Positions 32,137 through 40,061 of a DNA stretch of 44,464 nt are shown piece after piece. Every line of letters begins with the position of its first letter. The stretch's first letter is position 1. The position numbers and the translations under genes were made by a program. Below the pieces are notes generated by a model that saw only the letters and a list, made by a program, of their open reading frames with translations, searched no databases and had not been told where the DNA came from. This stretch comes from a virus (Duplodnaviria > Heunggongvirae > Uroviricota > Caudoviricetes), in IMG/VR virus record IMGVR_UViG_2571042862_000006, positions 1 to 44,464 of that record, one strand, 5' to 3'.

Positions 32137-32176
32137 GCTCTTTAACATCGACGGACTCTCAACCTAACCGTTGAGA
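32137..32176 (+). promoter_or_regulatory. nutL-like site: boxA GCTCTTTAACA plus boxB hairpin TCTCAAC-CTAACC-GTTGAGA
   Basis: Perfect 7-bp stem with 6-nt loop, 10 nt after boxA, upstream of the N-like gene. Confidence 0.5.
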
Positions 32177-32286
32177 CCAGAACTTGAGTGGTTTTGGGGA
32201 TGGCGCGAATTGCAGCTGCAAGACAGCGATCGAGAAGATAAGCACCTCGACGCGTCATGCGCCAAAGCCACTTAAAGGAGACCATC

Positions 32287-32559
32287 ATGGTAACCATTGT
32301 CTGGAAAGAATCCAAAGGTACGGCAAAAAGCCGCTACAAAGCTCGCAGAGCAGAACTTATTGCCGAGCGACGCAGTAATGAAGCACTGGCGCGAAAAATT
32401 GCGCTAAAGCTCTCTGGTTGCGTCAGAGCAGACAAAGCAGCATCACTCGGAAGCCTTTGCTGCAAGGAAGAAGATGAACGCAGTGGAAGTATTTGCCTGC
32501 CAAACGTAGCCATTTACGCGGCAGGATACCGGAAATCAAAACAACTGACGGCGAGGTAA
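32287..32559 (+). CDS. N: N-type antiterminator (P22 gene 24-like)
   Basis: N-terminal arginine-rich motif (GTAKSRYKARRAELIAERRSN); C-terminus LPNVAIYAAGYRKSKQLTAR resembles the P22 gp24 C-terminus; AAGGAG before the ATG. Confidence 0.8.
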   Translation: MVTIVWKESKGTAKSRYKARRAELIAERRSNEALARKIALKLSGCVRADKAASLGSLCCKEEDERSGSICLPNVAIYAAGYRKSKQLTAR

Positions 32560-32562
32560 GTG

Positions 32563-32787
32563 ATGAATCAGACATACATTCCATCATGCTTGAGAAATCT
32601 GCCAAAGCAGAAAGCAAAGCCCCGCAAGCAAGCCATAAAGGACGCTAAGGCAGAGGTTATTGATCAAGCAATACAATTGCTCAGGGAGGAGTTAAGAAGT
32701 GGCAAGCTCGAAGGAATGATGATGCCCTATCAGCGCGGATATCTATCGGCGATTAGTAAGCTGGAAGTATTGAAGAGTGAATTATGA
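32563..32787 (+). CDS. Hypothetical early-left protein, 74 aa
   Basis: ORF immediately after N with a GAGG Shine-Dalgarno. Confidence 0.4.
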   Translation: MNQTYIPSCLRNLPKQKAKPRKQAIKDAKAEVIDQAIQLLREELRSGKLEGMMMPYQRGYLSAISKLEVLKSEL

Positions 32788-32849
32788 ACTATCTGGAATT
32801 TCCGGATGGTTCATTGTTTTGGCAGCAAACCACTTATTTGAGGTGAGAT

Positions 32850-32936
32850 ATGGAAGAAGAATTTGAAGAGTTCGAAGAGCATCCGCAGGATGTGATGGAA
32901 CAATACCAGGACTATCCGTATGACTACGACTATTGA
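32850..32936 (+). CDS. Very acidic 28-aa peptide (MEEEFEEFEEHPQDVMEQYQDYPYDYDY)
   Basis: Hand-translated; strong Shine-Dalgarno (GAGGTGA) 5 nt upstream; below the ORF-track threshold. Confidence 0.3.
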   Translation: MEEEFEEFEEHPQDVMEQYQDYPYDYDY

Positions 32937-33120
32937 TACAAATCAATGGTGTGGACAATTCAAGCGATGCAATGGATGCAAGCTGCAATCGGAATGCATG
33001 GTTAAGCCTGAAGAAATGTTTCCTGTAATGGAAGATGGGAAATATGTCGATAAATGGGCAATACGAACGACGGCAATGATTGCCAGAGAACTTGGTAAAC
33101 AGAATAACAAGGCTGCCTGA
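32920..33120 (+). CDS. Small Cys-rich (zinc-ribbon-like) protein
   Basis: 66-aa ORF with CGQFKRCNGCKLQSEC. Confidence 0.4.
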   Translation: MTTTIDTNQWCGQFKRCNGCKLQSECMVKPEEMFPVMEDGKYVDKWAIRTTAMIARELGKQNNKAA

Positions 33121-33159
33121 TGGTGGCCTTTATTTTTGGCATAAACAACAGAGGATAAC

Positions 33160-33456
33160 ATGGAATTTAAAGGTACTGAAGGCAAGTGGGAAATAATGAT
33201 GGATGGCGACGAGATTAAAATAATCCAGGCAGACTCACTTGAAAATGGCGCAGGCTGGCGTTCGTATATTGCAATCTGTGAGGAAGTTCAATGCATTGAA
33301 GATGCCAATCTAATAGCGGCAGCACCTGACCTTCTCGAAGCACTTCAGTTATTACTTAAGCAAACCAAAAATAGAACAACGACAACATATCCAGAATGGT
33401 ATGGAGCTGTTAATAAAGGTCTCGCAGCAATAAGAAAAGCTCTTGGGGATAAGTAA
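33160..33456 (+). CDS. Hypothetical protein, 98 aa
   Basis: ORF in the early-left operon; no family recognised. Confidence 0.45.
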   Translation: MEFKGTEGKWEIMMDGDEIKIIQADSLENGAGWRSYIAICEEVQCIEDANLIAAAPDLLEALQLLLKQTKNRTTTTYPEWYGAVNKGLAAIRKALGDK

Positions 33457-33644
33457 TGAAAGTAAAAATAACTGCTTCTAATACCAGTTTTGTTAGTGTT
33501 GGTGATATTACAGAAGTAATAACAAACCATGATGGAACACAAGTTATGTGGTCTGATTTTTGTAAAAGATATGAGCGAGTCACTTGGTGTAAACTCGTAT
33601 GGGGCGTCGAATACGAAGAATTACCTGAAATGCATGACGAATAA
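33456..33644 (+). CDS. Hypothetical protein, 62 aa
   Basis: ORF overlapping the upstream stop (ATGA). Confidence 0.4.
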   Translation: MKVKITASNTSFVSVGDITEVITNHDGTQVMWSDFCKRYERVTWCKLVWGVEYEELPEMHDE

Positions 33645-33739
33645 GCACTGTGTATTCATTCCAACGAGTGAATACACGGAGCAATGTCGCTCGTAACTAA
33701 ACAGGAGCCGACTTGTTCTGATTATTGGAAATCTTCTTT

Positions 33740-33766
33740 GCCCTCCAATGTGAGGGCAGTTTTTTT
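33740..33766 (+). terminator. Rho-independent terminator within the early-left operon
   Basis: GCCCTC-CAATGT-GAGGGC followed by AGTTTTTTT; a 9-bp inverted repeat GTGTATTCA / TGAATACAC lies just upstream. Confidence 0.6.
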
Positions 33767-33775
33767 GATGGAGGA

Positions 33776-34195
33776 ATGATGGAAATTACAGATATTCTGG
33801 TTAATCCAGATAATTACGACCAATTCAATATCTCTACTCAATCAGTTGATTTGGGATGTGCAACTGTCAGCGCATGGCTACTTAATGGTAAACAGTTGGA
33901 TAAATGCCTTGATGCACATATGACGGTTAACAGCTTCCTTGCAGAAAAAACACACTGGCAAGATGCTGGAGGGAAATATGCTGGATGGCTTGAAAGCATG
34001 GGGTTTGAATATCAATCTGATGAAGGTTGGTGGAGCCTCATAGCTGTAACGCCTGAGACAATAGAATGCTTCGTTAAATACTCAAACGACGATGACTATA
34101 AACACCAGGTGGATTCTGCGATAGAAAGATACAAAAGAAAATCGTTCAACCACGAAATATCATCAGTTCTTGATTTCATAGAAGTCTTCAAATAA
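33776..34195 (+). CDS. Hypothetical protein, about 139 aa
   Basis: Start moved downstream of the terminator to MMEITDIL, preceded by GGAGG. Confidence 0.5.
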   Translation: MMEITDILVNPDNYDQFNISTQSVDLGCATVSAWLLNGKQLDKCLDAHMTVNSFLAEKTHWQDAGGKYAGWLESMGFEYQSDEGWWSLIAVTPETIECFVKYSNDDDYKHQVDSAIERYKRKSFNHEISSVLDFIEVFK

Positions 34196-34279
34196 GCCGC
34201 CTAAGCGCGGCTTTACCGCATACCAATAACGCTTCACGAGAGGCGTTTTCGTTATGCAATCAAATATAAGGAGTTACCC

Positions 34280-34414
34280 ATGATGCACTTTCAGCTCGCG
34301 GGTAGCGGCGTCATGTCCGCTTTCTACCCGCACGAATCTGAATTATCACGCCGAGTTAAACAATTAATCAGAGCAGCAAAGAAACAACTGGAGGCGTTAT
34401 GCGCAATGAAATAG
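34280..34414 (+). CDS. Small ORF, 44 aa
   Basis: Hand-translated; AAGGAG Shine-Dalgarno 6 nt upstream. Confidence 0.35.
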   Translation: MMHFQLAGSGVMSAFYPHESELSRRVKQLIRAAKKQLEALCAMK

Positions 34415-34541
34415 CCATCAATCACCAGATGCTTCGTGCTGCACAGAACAAAGCAGTAATAGCCAGATTTATTGGTGATTCAAAAATGTGGCTTGAAGCA
34501 AATAAAGCGATGAAATCAGCTATCAACCTTCCGTGGTATCG
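34389..34541 (+). CDS. Small ORF, 50 aa
   Basis: Hand-translated; GGAGG Shine-Dalgarno upstream. Confidence 0.35.
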
Positions 34542-34632
34542 CAGGAAATGAGTTTTACAGATAACTGGTCAGACGAAGAATTCATTCGTCAGATGAACAA
34601 AATGCTCAATCAGCACAAAGAACAGGAGAAAG

Positions 34633-34944
34633 ATGATGATTCTGACTCTGAATGATAAGCGTGAAATATCGCAAATAATCGCAAGTTTTACTGATGAAGA
34701 TTACGAACGAATCAACAGTGAAGTTGATCGCCTCTGCAAACGTTGCGACCCAATAAGCGAAATGCTTCGCTCATATAAACCAGATGAACACACTAAGGAC
34801 GCTATCGACTGGCTGGAAGATGATGACTGTAACTATCAGGAAAAAGCCGCTGAATGGTTCTGGGATGCAATAACCGAAAGAGTTAAGGCTGAATATGCCT
34901 TCGCAATATTCAAACGCAGACATATTTATGGAGAAGCTGCATGA
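34633..34944 (+). CDS. Hypothetical protein, 103 aa
   Basis: ORF ending in an ATGA overlap with the RecT-like gene. Confidence 0.5.
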   Translation: MMILTLNDKREISQIIASFTDEDYERINSEVDRLCKRCDPISEMLRSYKPDEHTKDAIDWLEDDDCNYQEKAAEWFWDAITERVKAEYAFAIFKRRHIYGEAA

Positions 34945-35852
34945 GCAATATCGTTGAATTCGTTAAACAGCAAGAGCAGTTATTCTGCGGAGCATTGACT
35001 GAACAGACGGTGACATGGGCTAAGGAAAGCCAGTTTGCAATTCAGTATTTCCAGAAAAATGATTACCTGGCTAAAACGGCACTGGCAAATCCAACCAGCG
35101 CACAGAACGCCATCATCAATGTTGCGGCGATCGGCATCACCTTAAACCCGGCCAGCAAACTGGCTTATCTGGTTCCTCGCGACGGCATGGTGTGCCTTGA
35201 TATCAGTTATATGGGATTGCTCCATATTGCAATGGAGTCTGGTGTTATCTCATGGGGTCAGGCAAAACTTGTTCATGCTAACGATACCTATGAGTCAAAC
35301 GGGCTTGATAAAGCACCAACCCATAAATACAACGCCTTCGGTGATCGTGGTGATATCGTTGGCGTTTACTGCACAGTTAAGACGCCAGCAGGTGATTATC
35401 TAACGGAAGAGATGAGTCTGGCTGAAATTGAGGCTGTAAGGAAAACAAGCAAGGCGGCATTCAGCGATAAAGGACCATGGGTAAATCACTGGAATGAGAT
35501 GGCGCGAAAGACGGTCGTAAAGCGTGCAAGCAAGTTTTGGCCTAAGGCATCACGTCTTGATAGTGCTATTCACGTACTAAACGAAGAAGAAGGTGTGTGG
35601 ACTGAACCAGTTATGCCGCACAAATCAGAGGAAGATATCCGCGAAGATGAACGGAAACGCCAGCAGGAAATAACGGATAAAGCACAACTTCTTTGTGATG
35701 AAATGGCTCAGGCTGAAAACATGGATGATTTGAAGCGATATTTTGCAGAAGCATATCGCCTGACATCTGGAATGAAATTGCAGCAGAACGTACAAGCCAT
35801 TTACGCAGAATGCAAAGCGAAACTGGAGGTTGCCAGTGAGCAAACTATATGA
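34941..35852 (+). CDS. recT: RecT-family single-strand annealing protein
   Basis: Block GPWVNHWNEMARKTVVKRASKFWP resembles the Rac RecT signature region. Confidence 0.8.
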   Translation: MSNIVEFVKQQEQLFCGALTEQTVTWAKESQFAIQYFQKNDYLAKTALANPTSAQNAIINVAAIGITLNPASKLAYLVPRDGMVCLDISYMGLLHIAMESGVISWGQAKLVHANDTYESNGLDKAPTHKYNAFGDRGDIVGVYCTVKTPAGDYLTEEMSLAEIEAVRKTSKAAFSDKGPWVNHWNEMARKTVVKRASKFWPKASRLDSAIHVLNEEEGVWTEPVMPHKSEEDIREDERKRQQEITDKAQLLCDEMAQAENMDDLKRYFAEAYRLTSGMKLQQNVQAIYAECKAKLEVASEQTI

Positions 35853-36318
35853 AATTGCCAATGAATACGCAAAATTGATGGATTCAGATTTAGAACCAGA
35901 GATGATTGCTGACACAATAGAAGGCATGGAAGGAGAATTTACCGATAAAATAGAGCAACTTCTTGCCATTATTAAAAATGAATCTGGTTATGCTGAACGC
36001 CTCAAGGAAGAGGCAAAGTCACTGAATGAGCGAGCCGCAGTAATTCAAAATAAGATTGAGAGCATCAAATCATATATAGCGTCATCGCTTGAAATGGTTG
36101 GCAAGAAAAAGATTCGAGCAGGTATTCACCAGGTAACAATCCGCAAACCGTCAGAAACTGTAGAAATCATCGACTCAAGCGCCCTTCCTCCTGAATACGT
36201 TGAGTTTGAAACGACAATTAAAGCCGACAAACTGGCAATCAAACACCAACTAAAAGCAGGAATAAATATCCCCGGCGCTCAACTCAAAGTTGGGAAACCT
36301 TCACTTCTTATCAAATAA
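35836..36318 (+). CDS. Siphovirus Gp157-like protein
   Basis: GTG start preceded by GGAGG; coiled-coil N-terminus; position directly after the annealing protein. Family assignment is from memory. Confidence 0.55.
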   Translation: MSKLYEIANEYAKLMDSDLEPEMIADTIEGMEGEFTDKIEQLLAIIKNESGYAERLKEEAKSLNERAAVIQNKIESIKSYIASSLEMVGKKKIRAGIHQVTIRKPSETVEIIDSSALPPEYVEFETTIKADKLAIKHQLKAGINIPGAQLKVGKPSLLIK

Positions 36319-36329
36319 CGGTATCGACT

Positions 36330-36644
36330 ATGAAAAAGACTCCATGGGAGAAATGGGAAGTCGATTTCTTGCGCGAGGTAGCGGCGACAATGCCAGTTGA
36401 AGTTATCGCTGAAAAACTGGAAAGGACTGAAAAAGCAGTAATGGCGAAAGCAACAAGGATTGGCGCTGACATTGTTAGCCGACTTCGTGGAAGACGATGG
36501 ACAAGAGCCGAAGTATCACTTTTCGGTAAGTTCTCCGCAGAAGAAATAGCAATTGCAACCTGCCGCTCAATTTATTCAGTAAGAGCTATGCGATACAAGC
36601 TAAAAAAACTCGATGAAGAAAGAGCAGGCATACGAATAAATTAA
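36330..36644 (+). CDS. Hypothetical protein with an internal duplication
   Basis: 104-aa ORF; two similar segments (W..E...L......E.IA). Confidence 0.45.
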   Translation: MKKTPWEKWEVDFLREVAATMPVEVIAEKLERTEKAVMAKATRIGADIVSRLRGRRWTRAEVSLFGKFSAEEIAIATCRSIYSVRAMRYKLKKLDEERAGIRIN

Positions 36645-36660
36645 CATGGAGTAATTAACA

Positions 36661-36942
36661 ATGAAGCTAAACATCGACCTTGGAAAATACGTTATTACCG
36701 GAACCAAACACGACCTGATTCTTAGTGAAAGAGGAATTATCAAAGAAGGCGAGAATGCAGGGAAAGAAACACTAAGTCGTATCGGTTATTACAGCAAGTT
36801 TGAGCATCTGGTTAAAGAGTTATGCAACCGTGAAATCCTGTTATCTCAGGCGCAGACACTACAGGATATTCAGCAGCATATCGAGACTTTAGGTGTATCA
36901 CTTAGCACGGCTGTTGACCAGTTCGCGGAGAGTAAATCATGA
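36661..36942 (+). CDS. Hypothetical protein, 93 aa
   Basis: ORF in the early-left operon. Confidence 0.45.
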   Translation: MKLNIDLGKYVITGTKHDLILSERGIIKEGENAGKETLSRIGYYSKFEHLVKELCNREILLSQAQTLQDIQQHIETLGVSLSTAVDQFAESKS

Positions 36943-37102
36943 GAGGACTTGCATACAATCCCGGCATTCTTCCGGCAGAAATGATTATTCGCCAACGCGT
37001 AAAGCCAATGCCATCGAGAGAGGAATTGCTTAAGAGAAATTCTTTTCCATCAGTGAATCAAAACAAATATCTGAATTCGATGTGGCGCAAAGGAGGCAAG
37101 CA

Positions 37103-37357
37103 GTGAGTAATTCCGCACGACTACAGCTTGGTTTTTCACCGCTATCAAAAACTATCATGCTGGCAAAAATGCGCGATGTTGAAGGTGGACGTATGCGCGT
37201 TGGCAATGATCCAGGTCGTGATGTTACCAATGAGGCTGCTCAATTGGTGTGGCGACTGGTCATGGCTGAAGGTGGTGAGATCGCGTGGGAACTTGATGAT
37301 GGTTCTCGCATGGTGTTGAAGGCAGAGAAGCAGGAGACAACCAGTGAGCAAGATTGA
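37103..37357 (+). CDS. Hypothetical protein
   Basis: GTG start preceded by AAGGAGG. Confidence 0.4.
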   Translation: MSNSARLQLGFSPLSKTIMLAKMRDVEGGRMRVGNDPGRDVTNEAAQLVWRLVMAEGGEIAWELDDGSRMVLKAEKQETTSEQD

Positions 37358-38036
37358 CTATCAGGCACTGCGTGATGTGGCAGTGAAAGCCGGTAAAGAT
37401 AAGTGGCAAGCTAAAAAAATAAACGGTGATTTTTTCGTTATTCGTCACGGTAGTTATACAAGACAGCATGGCTACACATTGTATCAACCCATTGCGGAGA
37501 TTGATTGTAAGTCAGTCCGGGATTTTGTTGCCAAGGCTAATCCGGCTACCGTGCTTGCGCTTCTTGATGAACTGGAAGCTCAAAGCAAACGCATTGCAGA
37601 GCTGGAGAAAAAAGCTGCACCAGATTCGTTTGGCATCATCGGTGAAAATATTCGAACACAGGATAATCGAATAACGTCAGACCCTATGTTTTGTGTGTAT
37701 CAAAAGCGCGAAATCGTTGTTGATGCTGATTATGACTATGACCGGATTGTCTGGGTTGATGAAGATGGTAATGAAGCCAATAAACGCCAAAGTCGTCGTC
37801 TCGAACTACTTCACGAAAACTTTCGAGAGCCACAAGAAAAATGGCGGCGCGTTGCTGTGAAAGATATTGATGAATTCGTTACCTGCTGTTTCACCGAACA
37901 GGGTTGTAAAGACTACCTGGCAGCCAATGGTCACAATCTTCGCTTGCCATTTATATATGTAAAAAGCGGTTTCAGGAACGCTGAATATATCGGCATAAGA
38001 AACTGGCTTGCTGGCATTCGCATCAAAGGAGAGTGA
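37344..38036 (+). CDS. Ead/Ea22-like protein
   Basis: N-terminal [11 protein letters not shown] and coiled-coil LLDELEAQSKRIAELEK segment typical of ead/Ea22-like prophage proteins. Confidence 0.55.
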   Translation: MSKIDYQALRDVAVKAGKDKWQAKKINGDFFVIRHGSYTRQHGYTLYQPIAEIDCKSVRDFVAKANPATVLALLDELEAQSKRIAELEKKAAPDSFGIIGENIRTQDNRITSDPMFCVYQKREIVVDADYDYDRIVWVDEDGNEANKRQSRRLELLHENFREPQEKWRRVAVKDIDEFVTCCFTEQGCKDYLAANGHNLRLPFIYVKSGFRNAEYIGIRNWLAGIRIKGE

Positions 38037-38037
38037 T

Positions 38038-38247
38038 ATGGCTATCGCTGCAAGTTACACCATGCATCTCTATTGTGATTGCCTCCAGTGTACAGATGGC
38101 AAATATAAGTCGCCAGACTTCGGTGAGTATATAGGTACGTCATGGGCTGGCTGTGCAAAAGAGGCGCGCAAGGATGGCTGGCGAATAAGCAAAGACAAAA
38201 CGCGTGCTTTTGCGCCCGGGCATAAAGTTTTGAGGATTAACAAATGA
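38038..38247 (+). CDS. Small Cys-rich protein
   Basis: ORF with LYCDCLQCTDG...GCAKE motif. Confidence 0.4.
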   Translation: MAIAASYTMHLYCDCLQCTDGKYKSPDFGEYIGTSWAGCAKEARKDGWRISKDKTRAFAPGHKVLRINK

Positions 38248-39035
38248 CCACTTTAACCGACAAAGAACTGATTAAAGAAATCAAAGAGCGCATAGGCAGC
38301 TTGGACGTTCGAGACAATATTGAGCGCCGTGCTTATGAAATTGCACTGGCATCGCTGGAAGCAGAGCCGATAGGTTTCCGTTGCAGGCGCAATGATAACC
38401 TTGGTGACTGGAGTTACGTATATCATCGAGAGCCAGATGATTTTGAGCGCAAACATTTAGTGATAGAGGGCATTTACGCCTCCCCTCCAGCGCCAGTAGT
38501 ACCGGAAGAAAAACCAATGCCTAATCCTCTTAGCATGTACGCGGTTGATGCTGTTGCCGCTATTGCAGAGGTGAGAGGCTGGAACGCCTGCCGCGCTGCC
38601 ATGCTTCATAGTGCCGAACCTGCAAGTAATCATGAAGAGTTGCCGCTTGATTATCTCCAAGGTCAAAAAGATGGTCTTGAATGGGCTGCGCAGCTTGCAG
38701 AAGCAAATCACCCACAAACTGGCGACTGGCTTTACGATGACCCGCTGGAGCTGGCTAAAGCTATCAGAAAAGGTCCTGACATGCCCGAATTCGATGGACC
38801 AACTCCGGTGACTCCGGATAGTTGGATAAGCTGTAGTGATCGAATGCCGGAAGACACCAAAATGTTACTGGCATTTAGTCAAGGTCAAATAGTGGCAGCA
38901 TATTGGAACTGGGTAGTGAGTCCAATTGATTACAAAAAATACAGAGCTTTCACATATTTATCAGGCAATATCTTGGATGACGTAACCCACTGGATGCCAC
39001 TACCGGAACCGCCGCAGGAGGCTGACAATGGCTAA
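38244..39035 (+). CDS. DUF551-domain protein
   Basis: C-terminal block WISCSDRMPE...VTHWMPLPEPP matches the DUF551 signature. Confidence 0.65.
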   Translation: MTTLTDKELIKEIKERIGSLDVRDNIERRAYEIALASLEAEPIGFRCRRNDNLGDWSYVYHREPDDFERKHLVIEGIYASPPAPVVPEEKPMPNPLSMYAVDAVAAIAEVRGWNACRAAMLHSAEPASNHEELPLDYLQGQKDGLEWAAQLAEANHPQTGDWLYDDPLELAKAIRKGPDMPEFDGPTPVTPDSWISCSDRMPEDTKMLLAFSQGQIVAAYWNWVVSPIDYKKYRAFTYLSGNILDDVTHWMPLPEPPQEADNG

Positions 39036-39312
39036 TCTGCAACTGGCAGTGAACGGCGAATACTTCGACCAGATGAAGCGGGGCGAGAAAACGGAAGAGT
39101 ATCGCCTGTGTAATGACTACTGGAATAAGCGAATTATGTTCCGGGAGTATGACCGCCTGATTATCACAAAGGGATATCCGAAGCGCGACGATTCCAGTCG
39201 CAGAATTGATGTTCCGTATGGTGGATATGAAATCAAGACAATCATACATCCACACTTCGGTGATAAACCGGTAAAGGTGTTCGCGATAAAGGTGAATATC
39301 GGCAATGAATAA
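39028..39312 (+). CDS. Small ASCH-like protein
   Basis: 94-aa ORF; GEKTEEYR and later blocks resemble ASCH/DUF3850-type proteins. Confidence 0.45.
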   Translation: MANLQLAVNGEYFDQMKRGEKTEEYRLCNDYWNKRIMFREYDRLIITKGYPKRDDSSRRIDVPYGGYEIKTIIHPHFGDKPVKVFAIKVNIGNE

Positions 39313-39384
39313 CATCCTCGCACTCGCGGGGATTTCTTTTATCTGAACTCGCTACGGCGGGTTTTGTTTTATGGAGATGATAAA

Positions 39385-39552
39385 TGCACTTCCGAGTCAC
39401 TGGTGAATGGAATGGAGAGCCATTCGACAGGGTTATCGAAGCAGAGGACATCAACGACTGCTATAACCACTGGATGATATGGGCGCAGATAGCGCATGCA
39501 GACGTAACCAATATTCGAATTGAAGAACTGAAAGAACACCAAGACGCCTGAT
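39385..39552 (+). CDS. Small ORF, 55 aa
   Basis: Hand-translated (MHFRVTGEWNGEPFDRVIE...); followed by a weak hairpin plus T-run. Confidence 0.3.
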
Positions 39553-39608
39553 GGCGGTTTTTTATTGCCTGATTTGCAGGTTCGATTCCCTATTCGGAGA
39601 TAGCACTC

Positions 39609-39809
39609 ATGCAACACGAACTACAGCCTGATTCACTGGTTGATTTGAAATTCATCATGGCCGATACTGGCTTTGGTAAAACCTTCATCTATGACCGGAT
39701 TAAGTCCGGCGACCTTCCTAAAGCCAAAGTTATCCACGGACGAGCAAGATGGTTATATCGTGACCATTGTGAATTTAAAAATAAGCTCTTAAGCCGCGCC
39801 AATGGGTAA
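39609..39809 (+). CDS. torI: Excisionase / recombination directionality factor, TorI-type
   Basis: 66-aa winged-helix protein (...FIMADTGFGKTFIYDRIKSGDLPKAKVIHGRARWLYRD...) at the prophage right end; resemblance to KplE1 TorI is from memory. Confidence 0.75.
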   Translation: MQHELQPDSLVDLKFIMADTGFGKTFIYDRIKSGDLPKAKVIHGRARWLYRDHCEFKNKLLSRANG

Positions 39810-39881
39810 AATAGCGGGTAAAATATTTCTCACATCTAAAAAACACCATTCCAATCAATCCCCTGCCGCTTCAAGTAGATG

Positions 39882-39897
39882 TCTGCAGGGGACACCA
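39882..39897. other. attR core: 16-bp copy of the 3' end of tRNA-Arg argW (CTGCAGGGGACACCAT)
   Basis: Exact match to the remembered argW 3' end / KplE1 att core, 70 bp after the excisionase and 165 bp before the second integrase. Confidence 0.6.
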
Positions 39898-40061
39898 TCC
39901 CGCTGTACACCAACGTCTACCATTGTCTATAAATCCCATGTAAACATATAAAAATAAAGAGATTTTATTCTCATGACGTCCATTTCCGTCTATTGAAATC
40001 AAGTAAATCTATGGGGCATAATTAGGGGCATTGCTGGTTCGATTGTATATGTGCCCCCAAC

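Noticed and set aside
39576-40061. A complete tRNA gene near the right prophage junction
   Set aside because: Only 14-16-nt fragments matching the argW T-arm and acceptor end are present; no full cloverleaf (acceptor 5' strand, D-arm, anticodon arm) could be traced.
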